From positions 124,001 to 188,000 of the forward strand of contig JAQGDQ010000360.1 in assembly GCA_030141605.1 (NCBI GenBank): a stretch of 64,000 nt of DNA, in the 5' to 3' direction. Positions 47,125 through 64,000 of the stretch are shown here, one piece after another (positions within the stretch are counted from its first letter, which is position 1; each line of letters opens with the position of its first letter). This DNA comes from Tubiluchus corallicola (taxonomy: Eukaryota > Animalia > Priapulida). The notes beneath the pieces are model-generated. The model saw only the letters and a list, made by a program, of their open reading frames with translations. It was not told the DNA's origin and ran no database searches. The position numbers were made by a program, and so were the translations under genes.

Positions 47125-48320
47125 TTACGCAGTATTTACATGTTTGACTGGTATTTACATGTTTGTACGTCAAAACAGTGAGGAGACTTACACCAAATGT
47201 ATATGGCGTCTATTCGATAAAAGAAAGATTTGATTAGCTGGTTTAAAAAAACGTTACTGCGAATCAAACACTGCATAATTAACAACAATCTCGTGAATAA
47301 AGATGACAAATAAATTATTTCAAAGTCACCTAATTACAAAAAAAAACAGAGCGATCAATTGACTTAAACAAGAGGAAACATTAATCTAGGATATTGCAAG
47401 GTCATTTTCTTATTAAATGTCCGTCATTAAAGTGTAAGAAGCACTCCTCATTAACAATTTAAAAAATTCGTCTTTTCAAACTTGCTTACAAAATAAATGA
47501 AATTACAGTAAATTGTTTTGAACAACACTAATCACAACACTTTGAATATTACGAAAGTTGATGTAAAGTCAAATTTTATTTTCAAATTTTACAACTTAAT
47601 TTAATTTTGTTTTATTATTTACTTCAGCTCGTAGATGCTACATGTTTTAAGCCATAGAAATACAGTCATTTACGAAGACAAACCATTTACGAAGATTAGA
47701 AACTGAGTACAAATATTTACCTGACTTGACACAAAATCAAGAGAACTCCGATGGACAAAGATTCTAGAGCATACAAAAACATCAGTGTGGTAGATTAAAC
47801 ATTTTGAAAAACCATTACCAGTATTTAAAACATGGCAACTAAGAACATATGTACATTTACCCAAAATGGCTTTCGAAAGGCTAATATCATTTTCTACGCA
47901 GATTGCAGAACATCGCGTACCATATCTATAGTTGAAGAATTTTACCATAGCTCTGTAGTGCCCAGATTTCAGATTATTAAAGATATACAAGTTACATTTG
48001 ACAGAAAAAAACGTAATGCCCATTATAGCCCCAAACATTTACAATATTTATTCAGTAGCTTTCACCTTAGCAGACCTCATCAGCCGAATGTAGTAGATAA
48101 ATAACAGTATGTACCAAAGTTAGAACATCAAAGAAACAAAATTGTAGCTAAACATCACCGGTTTGAAATACAATAAGTTAAAGAAAGAGTATAAATGACT
48201 GCAGAAGTAGTTACCTGCACATGCTATTCAGGTACGTCAATTTTTCTTTTTTCTTTCTTTAATTAATTTTAGTCAATTTCATTAAAATAAAAACAGAATG
48301 TTTTTATAATGCTATTATTG

Positions 48321-63436
<15,116 letters not shown>

Positions 63437-64000
63437 ATCTACAGTAGTTTAGCTTTGATACAGTGTAAAACTTTGATATGTGAAGTTGAAGACATACTAC
63501 GTGTCTGAAATACCGACAATAAACAGTGAAAACTAATGTGGTTGCTGTACAGGCTACATGCTGGCATTTTGTCATGTAAATCACGTGGGGTAAACGAAAA
63601 CATGATTGTATTTTCAAAGGGTTGCTACTCAGGTTTTACATGCTTTCCTTTTGTCACTTTTGTACATGTGGTAAGCGAACTCGGGTGCGATGACACATTT
63701 TGCCTGGAGGTCTTATAACGGGTTATGTCTTCTAAGTTGCTACTGGTCTTGTTTTCTGTCCCATTGTAAGTAGCGTAGGTAGACTGTATATGTAACACGC
63801 GTTTTGTTAACTACAGAATTAACTACTACGTAAATAAGTACTACGTACTAATAAACTACTACGTATAAGTGATATTATATGTACAAAAAGGTGATAATGA
63901 TAATGATAGTAGAAATAGTAATAGTATACTAATAGTAAGAGAAATAGTAAAGTAATGGTATAATATTGATAATAGTGATGATGATGATGATGTGATGATG

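Overview
AT-rich, intron-containing animal genomic DNA, probably from an invertebrate (spliceosomal introns, degenerate TTAGGG repeats, many transposons, one 100-N gap at 45264-45363). The window is built around a roughly 16-kb inverted duplication. Each arm carries an intact 14-exon TTLL4-derived ATP-grasp ligase gene of about 571 aa (+ strand 638-14899; - strand 48321-63436). A broken third copy lies at 37816-40284, and an orphan diverged terminal exon at 29555-29616. Between the arms are a single-exon HHAT/Rasp-like MBOAT acyltransferase, a divergent rolling-stone-like membrane protein, a full-length BEL/Pao LTR retrotransposon (29736-37304) and a 5'-truncated Gypsy element. The stand-out observation is that the BEL/Pao Gag-Pol polyprotein carries an N-terminal SAP domain and a complete, intronless glycogenin (GT8) catalytic domain in frame, with the catalytic and autoglucosylation residues intact. 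The second is that the TTLL4-like genes appear to start with a signal-peptide-like exon and differ from canonical TTLL4, and from each other, specifically at active-site motifs. All protein assignments are by-eye motif comparison with remembered family consensus; no searches were run.
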